From contig JBHGNT010000011.1 of assembly GCA_043228905.1 (NCBI GenBank), positions 16,492,001-16,556,000 on the forward strand: 64,000 nucleotides of DNA, in the 5' to 3' direction. The notes beneath the pieces were generated by a model. The model saw nothing but the letters and a program-made list of their open reading frames with translations. It was not told the origin of the DNA and made no database searches. The position numbers were made by a program, and so were the translations under genes. This DNA is from Azolla caroliniana (lineage: Eukaryota > Plantae > Polypodiophyta). Numbering within the stretch: position 1 is the stretch's first letter; each line of letters starts with the position of its first letter. Positions 10,285 through 21,283 of this stretch are shown here, in pieces.

Positions 10285-13200
10285 GAACTAGATAGATGAA
10301 TACTATCGGTATGACGTCTTACTAAATATTGAAATAAACAAAAGAAGTAATCATGGGTGCATAGCTGAGTGGTAAAGCAATCGGTTGCAATCCGATAGGT
10401 CGGTAGTTCAATACTAGTCGTGCCCTAAAGCAACAAGACTATAAATTACCTCCAACAACACTCACAACCTAAGATTATTAATTTCGAATATTTGCAAACA
10501 AACATGTGTATCCCTTACGTGTCAAATATAACATAATACAAATACTATTAGCAAGATTCTTGTTGGATATTGGAATTACAAACATGCATATGCCTTATGT
10601 GTCGAATGTTTCAAATATAGATGACATGAATACTATTGGTAAGACGTCTTACTAGATATTGGAATAAACACAACAACGAATAATGGGTGCATATCTCAGT
10701 GGTAGAGCAATCGGTTGCAGCCCGATAGGTCATCTGTTCAATCCTCTTTGTGCCCTAACCAAAGAAGAGTATAAATTACCTCCAACAACACTCACAACCC
10801 GAGATTATTAATTTCAAATTTTGCCAAACGAACATGCGTATGCCTTATGTGTCAAATATAACATGATACGAATACTATTAGCAAGATTCTTGTTGGATAT
10901 TACAATTAAACAAAAGAATCCACCAAGGGTCCATAGCTCAGTGGTAGAGAAATCGGCTGCAATCCGATACGTCATCTGTTCATTTCTGGTTGTGCCTTAA
11001 ACCAGGAAGAGTAGGGATTACCTTTAACAACACTTACATCCTAAGAATATTTATTGCAAATTGTTACACACAAACCTACGTATGCATTATGGGTCAAATG
11101 TTTCATATCTAAGATAATATGAATACAATCGGCAAGAAGTTTTCTTGGATATTGGAATAAACAAAAGAAGCAATCATGGGTCCATAGCTGAGTGGTAAAC
11201 TAATTGGTTGCAGTTCCATAGGTTAGTAGTTCAATCCTACTTGTGCCCTAAAGAAAGAAGAGTATAGATTACATCCAACAACATGCACGACCCAATATTG
11301 TTAATTTCAAATCTTTGCAAACGAACATGCGTATCCCTTATGTGTCAAATATAACATGATAGGAATACTATTAGCAAGATTCTTGTTGGATATTGGAATT
11401 AAACAAAAAAATCCACCAATGGTGCATAGCTCAATGGTAGAGCAAACGGCTCCAGTCCAATAGGTCATTAGTTCAATGTTGGTTTTGCCCTAAAATAGGA
11501 AGAGTAGGGCTTAGCTTTAACAACACTTACATCCTAAGAATATTAATTGCAAATTGTTATACACAAACATGCATATGACTTATGCGTCAAATGTTTCTAA
11601 TCTAAGATGACATGAATACTATCGGTAAAACGTCTTACTTGATATTGAAATAAACAAAAGAAGTAATCATGGGTGCATATCTGAGTAGTAAAGCAATCGG
11701 CTGCAGTTCGATAGGTCGTTAGTCCAATCCTACTTGTACCTTACAACAAGAAGAGTATAGATTAATTTCAACAACCCTCACAACATAAGATTATTGATTT
11801 CAAATCTTCGCACAAGAACATGCGTATCCGTTATGTGTCAAATATAGCATGATACAAATACTATTTCCAAGAATCTTGTGGGATATTGGAGTTAAACAAA
11901 AGAATCCATCAAGGGTGCATAGCTCAGTGGTAGAGCAATCGGTTTTAGTCTGATAGGTCATCAATTCAGTACTAGTTGTGCCCTAAAACAAGAAGAGTAG
12001 GGATTAACTTTAACAACACGTACATCCTAAGAATATTAATTGCAAATTGTTACACACAGACATGCATATGCCTTATGTGTCGAATGTTTCAAATCTAAGA
12101 TGATATGAATACTATTGGCATGTTCTTGGATATTGGAGTAAACAAAAGACCCAATCCTGGGTGCATAGGTCAATGGTGGAGGAATTGGTTGCAGTCTGAT
12201 AGGTCATCAGTTTAATCCTCCCTGTGGCCTAAACCAAGAAGAGTATAGATTACCTCCAACAACACTGAGAACTTGAGCTTATTAATTTCAAATTTTTGCA
12301 CAAGAACATGCGTAACCCTTCTGTGTCATCCCTTATGTGTCAACTATGGCACTTAATTTCGGCCAATGGAAAGCGCGAACACACGTTGCCTCACTCTATG
12401 TCTACTGAGGGTTTTGATTACTTTTGGCCTGATACGAATACATCAAGCGTGGAGTGCAACAACACTCACAAACTAAGATTGTTATTTTTAAATCTTTGCA
12501 CACGAACATGATACAAATACTATTAGCAAGAATCTTGTTGGATATTGGAGTTAAACAAAACAATCCATCAAGGGTGCATAGCTCAATGGTAGAGCAATCG
12601 GCTGCAGTTCGATAGGTCATCAGTTCAATCCTGGTTGCGCCCTAAAACAAGAAGAGTATGGATTACCTTTAAAAACACTTATATCCCACTTATATCCTAA
12701 GAATATTAATTGCAAATTGTTACACCAAACATGCATATGCCTTACAATTCGAATTTTTCAAATTTACGATGATATGAACACGAGTTGTACGAAACAATCT
12801 AAGATGATATGAATAGTATTGATAAAACGTCTTATTTGATATTGGAATACAACAACAAATAATAGGTGCATAGCTCAGTGGTAGAACAATCGGTCGCAGT
12901 CTGATAGGTCATCAGTTCAATCCTCCTTGTGTCCTAAATCAAGAAGAGTATAAATTATCTCCAACAACACTGACAACCCGAGATTATTAATTTCAAAGCT
13001 TTGCAAACGAACATGTGTATCCCTTATGTGTCAAATATAACATGATACGAATAATATTAGCAAGATTCTTGTTGGACATTGGAATTAAACAAAAGAATCC
13101 ACCAAGGGTGCATAACTCAGTGGTAGAGCAATCGGCTGCAGTCCGGTAGGTCATTAGTTTAATCCGGGTTGTACCCTAAAACAGGAATAGCTGGGATTAT

Positions 13201-16200
13201 CTTTAACAACACTTACATCCTAAGAATATTAATCGGAAATTGTAACACAGAAACATGCATATGACTTATGTGGGAATGTTTCAAATATAGATGACATGAA
13301 TACTATCGGTATAACATTTTACTGAATATTGAACTAAACGAAAGAAGTACTCATGGGTGCATAGCTGAGTGGTAAAGCAATCGGTTGTAGTTCGATAGGT
13401 CGGTACTACAATCCTAGCTGAGACCTAAAGCAACAAGACTATAAATTACCTCCAATAGCACTCACAACCTAAGATTATTAATTTCGAATCTTTGCAAACG
13501 AATATGTGTATCCCTTATCTATCAAATATAACATCATATCAATACTATTAGCAAGATTCTTGTTGGATATTGGAATTACAAACATGCAAATGCCTTATGT
13601 GTCGAATGTTTCAAACATCGATGACATGAATACTATTGGTAAGACGTCTTAGTAGATATTGGAATAAACACAACAATGAATAATGGGTGCATAGCTCAGT
13701 GGTAGAGCAATTTGGTGCAGTCCGATAGGTCATATCTTCAATCCTCTTTGTGCCCAAAACAAAGAAGAGTATAAATTACCTCAAACAACACTCACAACCC
13801 GAGATTATTAATTTCAAATTTTTGCAAACGAAAATACGTATGCCTTATGTGTCAAAAATATAACATGATAGGAATACTATTAGCAAGATTCTTGTTGGAT
13901 ATTGGAATTAAACAAAAGAATCCACCAAGGGTGCGTAGTTCAATGCTAGAGCAATCAGCTACAGTCCAATAGGTCATTAGTTCAATGTTGGTTCCGCCCT
14001 AAAATAGGAAGAGTAGGGTTTAGCTTTAACAACACTTACATCCTAAGAATATTAATTGAAAATTGTTACAGAAAAACATGCATATGCTGTAAGAAATATT
14101 CTAAGATGATATGAATACTACTCGTAAGACGTCTTACTAGAAATTGGAATAAACACAACAACGAATAATGGGTGCATAGCTGAGTGGTAGAGCAATCGGC
14201 TGCAGTCTGATAGGTCATCAGTTCATTCCTGGTTACGCCCTAAAACAAGAAGAGTAGGGATTACCTTTAACAACACTTAAATTGTAAGAATATTAATTTC
14301 AAATTGTTACACACAAACATGCATATCCTTATGTGTCGAATGTTCCAAATCTAAGATGATCTGAATACTAGCTGTAAGAAATATTCTAAGATGATATGAA
14401 TACTATTGGTAAGACTTCTTACTAAATATTGGAATAAATACAACAACGAATAATGGGTGTATAGCTCAGTGGTAGAACAATCGGTTGTAGTCCGATAGGT
14501 TATCAGTTCAATCCTCCTTGTGCCCTAAATAAAGAAGAGTATAATTACCTCCAACAAGAGTCACGGGTCGAGATTATTAATTTCCAATCTTTGCAAACAC
14601 ACATGTGTATCCCTTATGTGTCAAATATAACATGATTGGAATACTATTAGCAAGATGCATGCTAGATATTCGAATTAAAAAGGAATCCACCAAGGGTTCA
14701 TAACTTAGCGGTAGAACAATCGGCTGCAGGCCAAGAGGTCATCAGTTCAATCCCGGTTGCACCTTAAAACAGCAAGAGTAGGGATTATCTTAAACGACAC
14801 TTATATGCTAAGAATATTAACTGTAAATTGTTAAACACAAACATTCATATGCCTTATGTGTCGAATGTTTCAAATCTAAGATGATATGAATACTATTGTC
14901 AAAAACTCTTACTAGATATTGGAATGAACACAACAACGAATAATAAGTGCATAGCTTAGTGGTAGAGCAATCGATTGCAGTCCAATAGGTCATCAGTTCA
15001 ATCCTCCTTGTGCCTTAAATCAAGAAAAGTATAAATTACCTCCAACAACACTCATAGCCCGAGAATATTCATTTCAAATCTTTGCAAGCGAACATTTGTA
15101 TCCCTTATGTGTCAAATATAACATGATTGGAATACTATTAGCAAGATGCATGCTAGATATTCGAATTAAAAAGGAATCCACCAAGGGTTCATAACTTAGC
15201 GGTAGAACAATCGGCTGCAGGCCAAGAGGTCATCAGTTCAATCCTGGTTGCACCTTAAAACAGCAAGAGTAGGGATTATCTTAAATGACACTTATATGCT
15301 AAGAATATTAACTGTAAATTGTTAAACTCAAACATTCATATGCCTTATGTGTCGAATGTTTCAAATCTAAGATGATATGAATACTATTGTCAAAAACTCT
15401 TACTAGATATTGGAATGAACACAACAACGAATAATAAGTGCATAGCTTAGTGGTAGAGCAATCGATTGCAGTCCGATAGGTCATCAGTTCAATCCTCCTT
15501 GTGCCTTAAATCAAGAAAAGTATACATTACCTCCAACAACACTCATAGCCCGAGAATATTCATTTCAAATCTTTGCAAGCGAACATTTGTATTCCTTATG
15601 TGTAAAATATAACATAATACAAATACCATTAGCAAGATTCTTGTTGGATATTGGAATTAAACAAAAGAATCTACGAAGGATGCATAGCCCAGTGGTAGAG
15701 CAATCGGCTAAAGTCCGGTAGGTCATCAGTTTAATCCTGGTTGCACCCTAAAACAGGAAGAGTAGGGTTTATCTTTAACAACACTTACATCCTAAGAATA
15801 TTACTTGCAAATTGTTACAAACAAATATGCATATGTTGTAAGAAATATTCTAAGATGATATTGAAATAAACAAAAGAAGCTATAATGGGTGCATAGTTGA
15901 GTGGTAAAGTAATCGGTTGCAATTCAATAGGTCGGTAGGTCAATCCTTGTTGTGCCCTAAAGCAAGAAGAGTATAAATTACCTCCAACAACACTCACAAC
16001 TTAAGATTATTAATTTCAAATATTTGCAAACGAACATGAGCGTATCCCTTATGTGTCAAATATAACATGATACGAATACTATTAGCAGGATTCTTATTGG
16101 ATATTGGTATTACACAAAAGAAACCACCAACGGTTCATAGCTTAGTGGTAGAGTAATCGACTACAGTTTGATAGGTCATTAGTTCAATGTTGGTTGCACC

Positions 16201-16541
16201 CTAGAACATGAAGAGTAGGGATTACCGTTAACAACAGTTACATCCTAAGAAAATTAATTGAAAATTGTTACACAAATGTGCATATGCATTATGTGTGGAA
16301 TGTATCAAATCTAAGATGATATGAATACTATCGGCAAGACGTATTCTTGGATATTGAAATAAACAAAAGAACCAACCATGGGTGCATAGCTCAATGGTGG
16401 AGCAATCGGTTACAATCCGGTAGGTCATCAGTTTAATCCTCCATGTGCCCTATAGCAAGAAGAGTATAAATTAACTACAACAACACTCAGAACTTGAGCT
16501 TATTAAATTCAAATTATTGCACAGGAACATGTGTATACCGT
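10285..16541 (+). repeat. tRNA-Cys(GCA)-derived tandem array, block 2 (24 copies)
   Basis: 72-nt units start at 10355, 10685, 10927, 11178, 11420, 11671, 11913, 12159, 12572, 12864, 13106, 13355, 13685, 13929, 14170, 14455, 14694, 14945, 15185, 15436, 15678, 15887, 16131 and 16380. Spacing mostly alternates ~242 and ~250 bp. Confidence 0.95.
12572..12643 (+). tRNA. tRNA-Cys(GCA), near-intact copy
   Basis: GGGTGCA/TGCGCCC, GCTC/GAGC, ATCGG/TCGAT and ATCAG/CTGGT all pair; anticodon GCA; U73. One D-loop change (AATGGTA). No T4 immediately downstream. Confidence 0.65.
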
Positions 16542-17314
16542 TGTCGTGAAGAATTTCGGCCAGAGGCGGAAACCGGAAAACATTGGCTACATCGGCGGGG
16601 TGCAGCGTGTGAACGCACCCATCTACATTTAGTGTGAATAACGAGGGCGCTTTATGGCGCCGAAGAGTAGTCAAGTCGGGACAGACGATCCCATGTAAGT
16701 CGGGATTTATCCCACATTGTAACGCATCCCTCTCCTTGTTCTATAAAAGGAAGGGAATGCCCTTTGTGAAGGGGTTGCCCATTTTGCATTAGAGGGTATA
16801 CCGTTAAGTTTAGAGTTAGCTTCTTCTTCTTCTTCTTCTTCTCCCCCTTCGTGTTCTCTTAGGGTTTGCTTTGACTCGGCCTCCTGTGCAAGACCCCGCT
16901 CGGCGCGACGAGCCGAAAGCTCCCCGACGGCGGCTTGATAGCAGACGACTGTTGCAACCTACCTTGGTCCGGCTCGAAGCCGGGAATGTATTCTTCTTTT
17001 TTATATATATATATATACACGTTCGCGTCTGTCTGTGTATATTCGCGTCTTTGTTGGTGTCGGGTGCTCCCCCCTTTCCTGCATTTCCTGTACATAAGGG
17101 CACGAGTTGGGTTGGGCTATGTGTGCGTGTGTGCGCGTGAGTCGGTGTTAAGCGCTCTCTCTCTCTCTCTCTCTCTCTCTCCCTTCGGTTGCTTCCGGTG
17201 TGCTTCTGGGATGCCCCAGAAACAGTAAAGCACGACTTCCTACGCTCCATCACTCCCTAGTCCAAGACCCCCGTGGTCCCGCCTTTCTCCACGCACGCGC
17301 GTAACAACACGACA
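16542..17314 (+). mobile_element. 5' LTR of a Gypsy element inserted in the tRNA array
   Basis: Ends are TGTCGTG...CACGACA; TATAAAA at ~16743; immediately followed by a PBS and gag. Confidence 0.85.
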
Positions 17315-17318
17315 TCTT

Positions 17319-17336
17319 TGGTGAACCCGACGTGAA
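17319..17336 (+). promoter_or_regulatory. Primer-binding site complementary to the 3' end of tRNA-Trp
   Basis: TGGTGAACCCGACGTGAA is the reverse complement of TTCACGTCGGGTTCACCA, the 3' end of plant cytosolic tRNA-Trp(CCA) as I recall it. Confidence 0.8.
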
Positions 17337-17351
17337 AGGCGACAAGGGAGG

Positions 17352-17975
17352 ATGGAGTCGGAAGACGACGACCTTGCGGAGATGGTGGCCGAAGTGGTGT
17401 TGGAGTCGGCACGAGTGGTGATGAGGCGAGAAGCAGCGCAACAAGCGGTTGAGCGAGTGGTCGAAAGAGTCGGTCGTTTCAACGGGGACAAAGTCCCATC
17501 TTACTTGGAAGCCTACAACGCGGAAATGGAGGAGCGTGGCGTAGACGAGGCGTTGAGGCTGGAGTTCTTCTGTCGGGTCGTGGCTGTCCGGATGAATGCG
17601 GAAATAAAGGAGATCCGTGAGGCTCATAGTTCGTGGGAGGCCTTCGAAGAGGCGCTCCTGAAGGCATACGGAGGACGGCGGAAGAGCTGGGGACGACACG
17701 ACTTCGACCAGTGGGTAGCATCGGCAAAGACCCACCGGGGCGCGACGAAGGCGTTCCGAGAGTTTGAGCGATGGCTTGCTCGGCTCCCAGAGCGGGAACA
17801 AGGTTTGGTGGGGGCGGACAAGGTCCTATTGTTCGTCAAGTCGATCGACCGAGCGGAACAGGAGGCCATCGGGATTGAGCTCGAAGACTATGATGGAGCG
17901 AATGGGCTTACGGAGGACTGGTCAAAGGTCGGAAGGGTGTGCCAACGGCTAGACGACGAGCGAGCTGAGAAGGTA
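17352..17975 (+). mobile_element. Gag (capsid) region of the Trp-primed Gypsy element, truncated
   Basis: ATG 16 nt after the PBS; RFNGDKVPSYLEAYNAEM...SWEAFEEALLKAY is retrotransposon gag-like. Confidence 0.75.
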
Positions 17976-20900
17976 TCATCTATTTGGATGATCTATTGAT
18001 TTATTCGAAGACCCAGGAAGAGCATGATTCTCATGTACTATTAGTACTAAAACGACTCCAAGAGAATGGTCTTTATGCCAAACTAGAAAAATGTAGCTTT
18101 GACTGCAAGCAAGTGGAATTTCTAGGCTACGTCATCTCCTCAAAGGGCATCTCCATGGATCCGGCTAAAGTCAAAATTGTGCTAGAGTGGCAAACTCCAC
18201 GTTCGTTACGAGATGTACAATTTTTCCTAGGTTTCGCTAACTTCTACTGCAAGTTTATACAAGATTACTCAAAGATTATTTTACCTCTCACACAGCTTAC
18301 GAAGAAGGGACAGACATTTCTTTGGTCCAATGAAGGGGACATGGCTTTTAGGCATCTTAAGAAAGCCTTTACATCAGCTCCTATTCTAGCTCATGTGGAT
18401 ACAAACAAACCATTCATCATGGAGGCCAACGCATCGGATTTCGCCCTCGGTAGCATCCTTTCTCAACAAGGAGATAAAGAAGAGATACATCTTGTGGCTT
18501 TCCATTCGCGCAAATTTGATGCCGCGGAAATCAACTACGAGATACATGACAAGGAGTTATTAGCCATCGTGGATTCATTTGTGCAATGGCGGCACTTCTT
18601 AGAGGGCTCTCCACACCAGGTCATCGTCTTCAATGATCACAAAAGTCTTGCTTATTTCCAGAACGCTCGTGTACTAAATCGACGGCAAGCTCGGTGAGCC
18701 CAATTCCTCACGCGTTTTGACTTCAAAATCACATATTGACCAGGGAAGCAGGAAGGAAAAGCAAATGCCCTAAACCCTCGTCCTGGTGATCCAACGTTTG
18801 ATAATCAAAAGCAAGTAATCTTGGGACCAACACGTTTGCACACAACGCGGATTTTTCACACTCCACTAGATTCCCGGATTATTGATGACATACGTTGTCA
18901 CGTATTTCCGTGCATGCGTGTAGAATAAGGCGGGACCACAAGGGTCTTGGACTAGGGAGTAGATGGGAGGATGGGTATGAGCAAAGTGGAAGAGATTAAC
19001 ACGGTAGAGAAAGTAGAAAGAGACAAGATTTATGAAGTTATGTATATTATGGGCATGAAAGCCGCAATGCGATTACAACCGCGGCCGCGTGGACCGGGCT
19101 CAAAACATAAGTAGAATGTAAACCCAAATCGGATAAATAAAGAAAGAGATGAAGAAATCCTAAACTGAATAGAAACCCTTGACCTAAGTGGTATACCTCT
19201 TCTCACTCAAAATAGGCAACCCCCTCAATGGTGCCCCTTCCTCTCCTTTTATAACATAAGGAGAGAAAGTCGTTACAAAAAAGGAGAGACTAAATATCCC
19301 CTTCATTCAATGGGGGATATTTGCTTAGATTCTTGGAGGAGGGATTGATGGGGCCTTAACTCCCACTCCTCACACATACTATTATGCCCATTACTCACCT
19401 CGTACTCCTATGTACCCCTCTCTTTCTCATGTGGATGTGCACATAAGTGCACATCACATTTATACTTTAGGATTCTTGTGGTGCATTTCTTACAATTTAC
19501 ATTTGTTCTTATTAATATTTTACAAATACATCATGTGCGTGTGCAACGTTGCACACCCCGGTTTTGCTCACTCTGCTTGGTTTTCTCCCTATGGACGAAA
19601 ATCTTCACGACAACGTGCTAACTTGAAGACGAACAGTTTTGCTCAAGCCATTCTAGCGCACATTGATACCTCTTGGGCATCCTGTTCCCAATCTCAACAA
19701 CAAGGTATGGACTACCGACAATTCAAATATCATGATGGTTTATTGTTCTTTAAAAAGCTCGTATATGTTCCTGATTGCTCCTGTCACCTTCAAATCGTCC
19801 AAAATTCTCACGACACCCATACAACGGGACATTTCGGTAGTATGAAGACATTGGATCTAGTTCAACAATCTTTTTGGTGGCCCCATATGCGACGTTTTGT
19901 CAAAGACTACATTTGGACCTATGATGCTTGCTGCCGAGCAAAGATGCCACAACATCATCCATATGGCTTGTTGGAACCCTTGCCGATTCCAAGTAAGCCG
20001 TGGCAGTCTATTTGTCTTGATTTTATCACAGATCTGCCGGTCTCGAAGGGTTTCGATGCTATCTTAACCGTCGTTGATCAATATACTAAGATGGCCCATT
20101 TTGTGTCGTGTACTAAGGCCATCACTAGTGAGGAAACCGCCACCCTTGTCATGTGTGAGGTATTTCGGCATCATGGCCTCCCAAACAGTATCATCAGTGA
20201 CCGAGGACCTCAATTCGTCTCCAAATTTTGGAAGCATCTCTTCAAGATGCTCAAGGTCTCTTGTAACCTCTCCTCCGGCTACCATCCCCAGACCAATGGG
20301 CATGCAGAACGAACAAATCAAACGTTGGAACAATACCTCCGGTGTTTTCTGAGTTATCAGCAAGACAATTGGGTTGATATTCTCCACTTTGCGGAGTTTG
20401 CTTATAATAATGCTATTCACTCCTCGACTTGGGTCTCCCCATTTTACGCTTATACTGGTTCTCATCCTTGCTTGTCTGTGATCGACACCCCGGAGCTACC
20501 TACCAATCCTCGTGCCGAAGATCATTTGGAGAGGCTACGCAAGATCCAGATGGATCTCTCTACTCATCTTCGTCATGGTCAACACACACACAAGACTTAT
20601 GCGAATTATCATCAGCTTCCCTCCTCTTTTGCCATCGGAGATCGAGTATGGCTCTCTTACGTCGTCACATCAAGACTACTCGACCATGCGACAAGTTGGA
20701 TTATCGACGACTCGGTCCTTTCCGTATTACCGGTAAGGTTAATGATGTCACATTCCGCCTTGATCTTCCTCCACATCTGGTCTTCCAGAGTTCTCTTCTT
20801 GAACCTTATAAAGCAAACACTATTCCCGATCGTGTTACACCACCACCGCCCCTGCTTGAGTTAGACGCCAGCCCGGAGTATGAAGTTGTTGTCGTCCTCG

Positions 20901-21280
20901 ACTCCAAATTTGTTCGCAACAAACTTTATTATTTGGTCGATTGGCTTGGCTATGGTCTGAGCGAACGTACTTGGGAACCCGTCGAGCATTGGTGATCACT
21001 CGTCGTCTTAAGGGGGGGGGGAGGGGGATAGTGTCATGACATGGCAAGACTCAAAGTCATGACCTTATGTTATATGGGTCGAGCTCTTGACCATTATACC
21101 ATCTATTGTAATACGTAGGATATTATTTTCATTTAAGTTTTATTATAGAAAATTAATGTATATTCCAGAGAACACTATAAAAGGAGGCACAAGGCATTAT
21201 GTTGAACCAAATTGGTTCAACGCCAGTCTTAAGCCTCATAGCTATTTTGTACTTACTCTTCATATAATATATCATCTGTA
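17976..21280 (+). mobile_element. Chromovirus (Tcn1-like Ty3/Gypsy) pol: RT end, RNase H, integrase, GPY/F motif, chromodomain, PPT and start of 3' LTR; degenerate
   Basis: IYLDDLLIYS; FLGFANFY; EANASDFALG..NYEIHDKELLAIV; integrase PWQSICLDFITDLP..IISDRGPQF..HPQTNG; LGPFRI; chromodomain EYEV..VLDSK..LYYLVDWLGYGLSERTWEP. G-rich PPT at 21010-21031, then TGTCATG at 21032. Confidence 0.9.
18896..19612 (-). mobile_element. Solo LTR inserted in the chromovirus pol, 4-bp TSD ACGT
   Basis: ACGT|TGTCACG...CACGACA|ACGT. Removing it restores in-frame DDIRANLK. Shares the GGGTCTTGGACTAGGGAGT motif with the other two LTRs. Confidence 0.9.
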
Positions 21281-21283
21281 TGG

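Noticed and set aside
10430-10680. Array spacers as C/D-box snoRNAs (tRNA-snoRNA dicistron)
   Set aside because: No conserved RTGATGA near the 5' end or CTGA near the 3' end; only a partial AGATGA(T/C)ATGA internally.
11913-11984. Ochre suppressor tRNA (anticodon TTA)
   Set aside because: The loop contains TTTT, an internal Pol III terminator, and the B box/T arm is degenerate (CAATTCAGTACTAG).
12340-12400. Insert as a remnant of the LTR family at 16542 (shared AATTTCGGCCA, similar position after a type D unit)
   Set aside because: Only about 11 identical bases, too short to support homology.
12296-16428. Short ORFs within the tRNA array
   Set aside because: Chance frames across tRNA and spacer sequence, not kept between copies.
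10285-16541. CRISPR-like repeat-spacer array
   Set aside because: The spacers are homologous to each other rather than unique, the repeat is a 72-nt tRNA, the context is eukaryotic and there are no cas genes.
19410-19612. N-terminus of the 484-aa ORF as part of the integrase
   Set aside because: It lies within the inserted solo LTR; pol sequence resumes at 19613.
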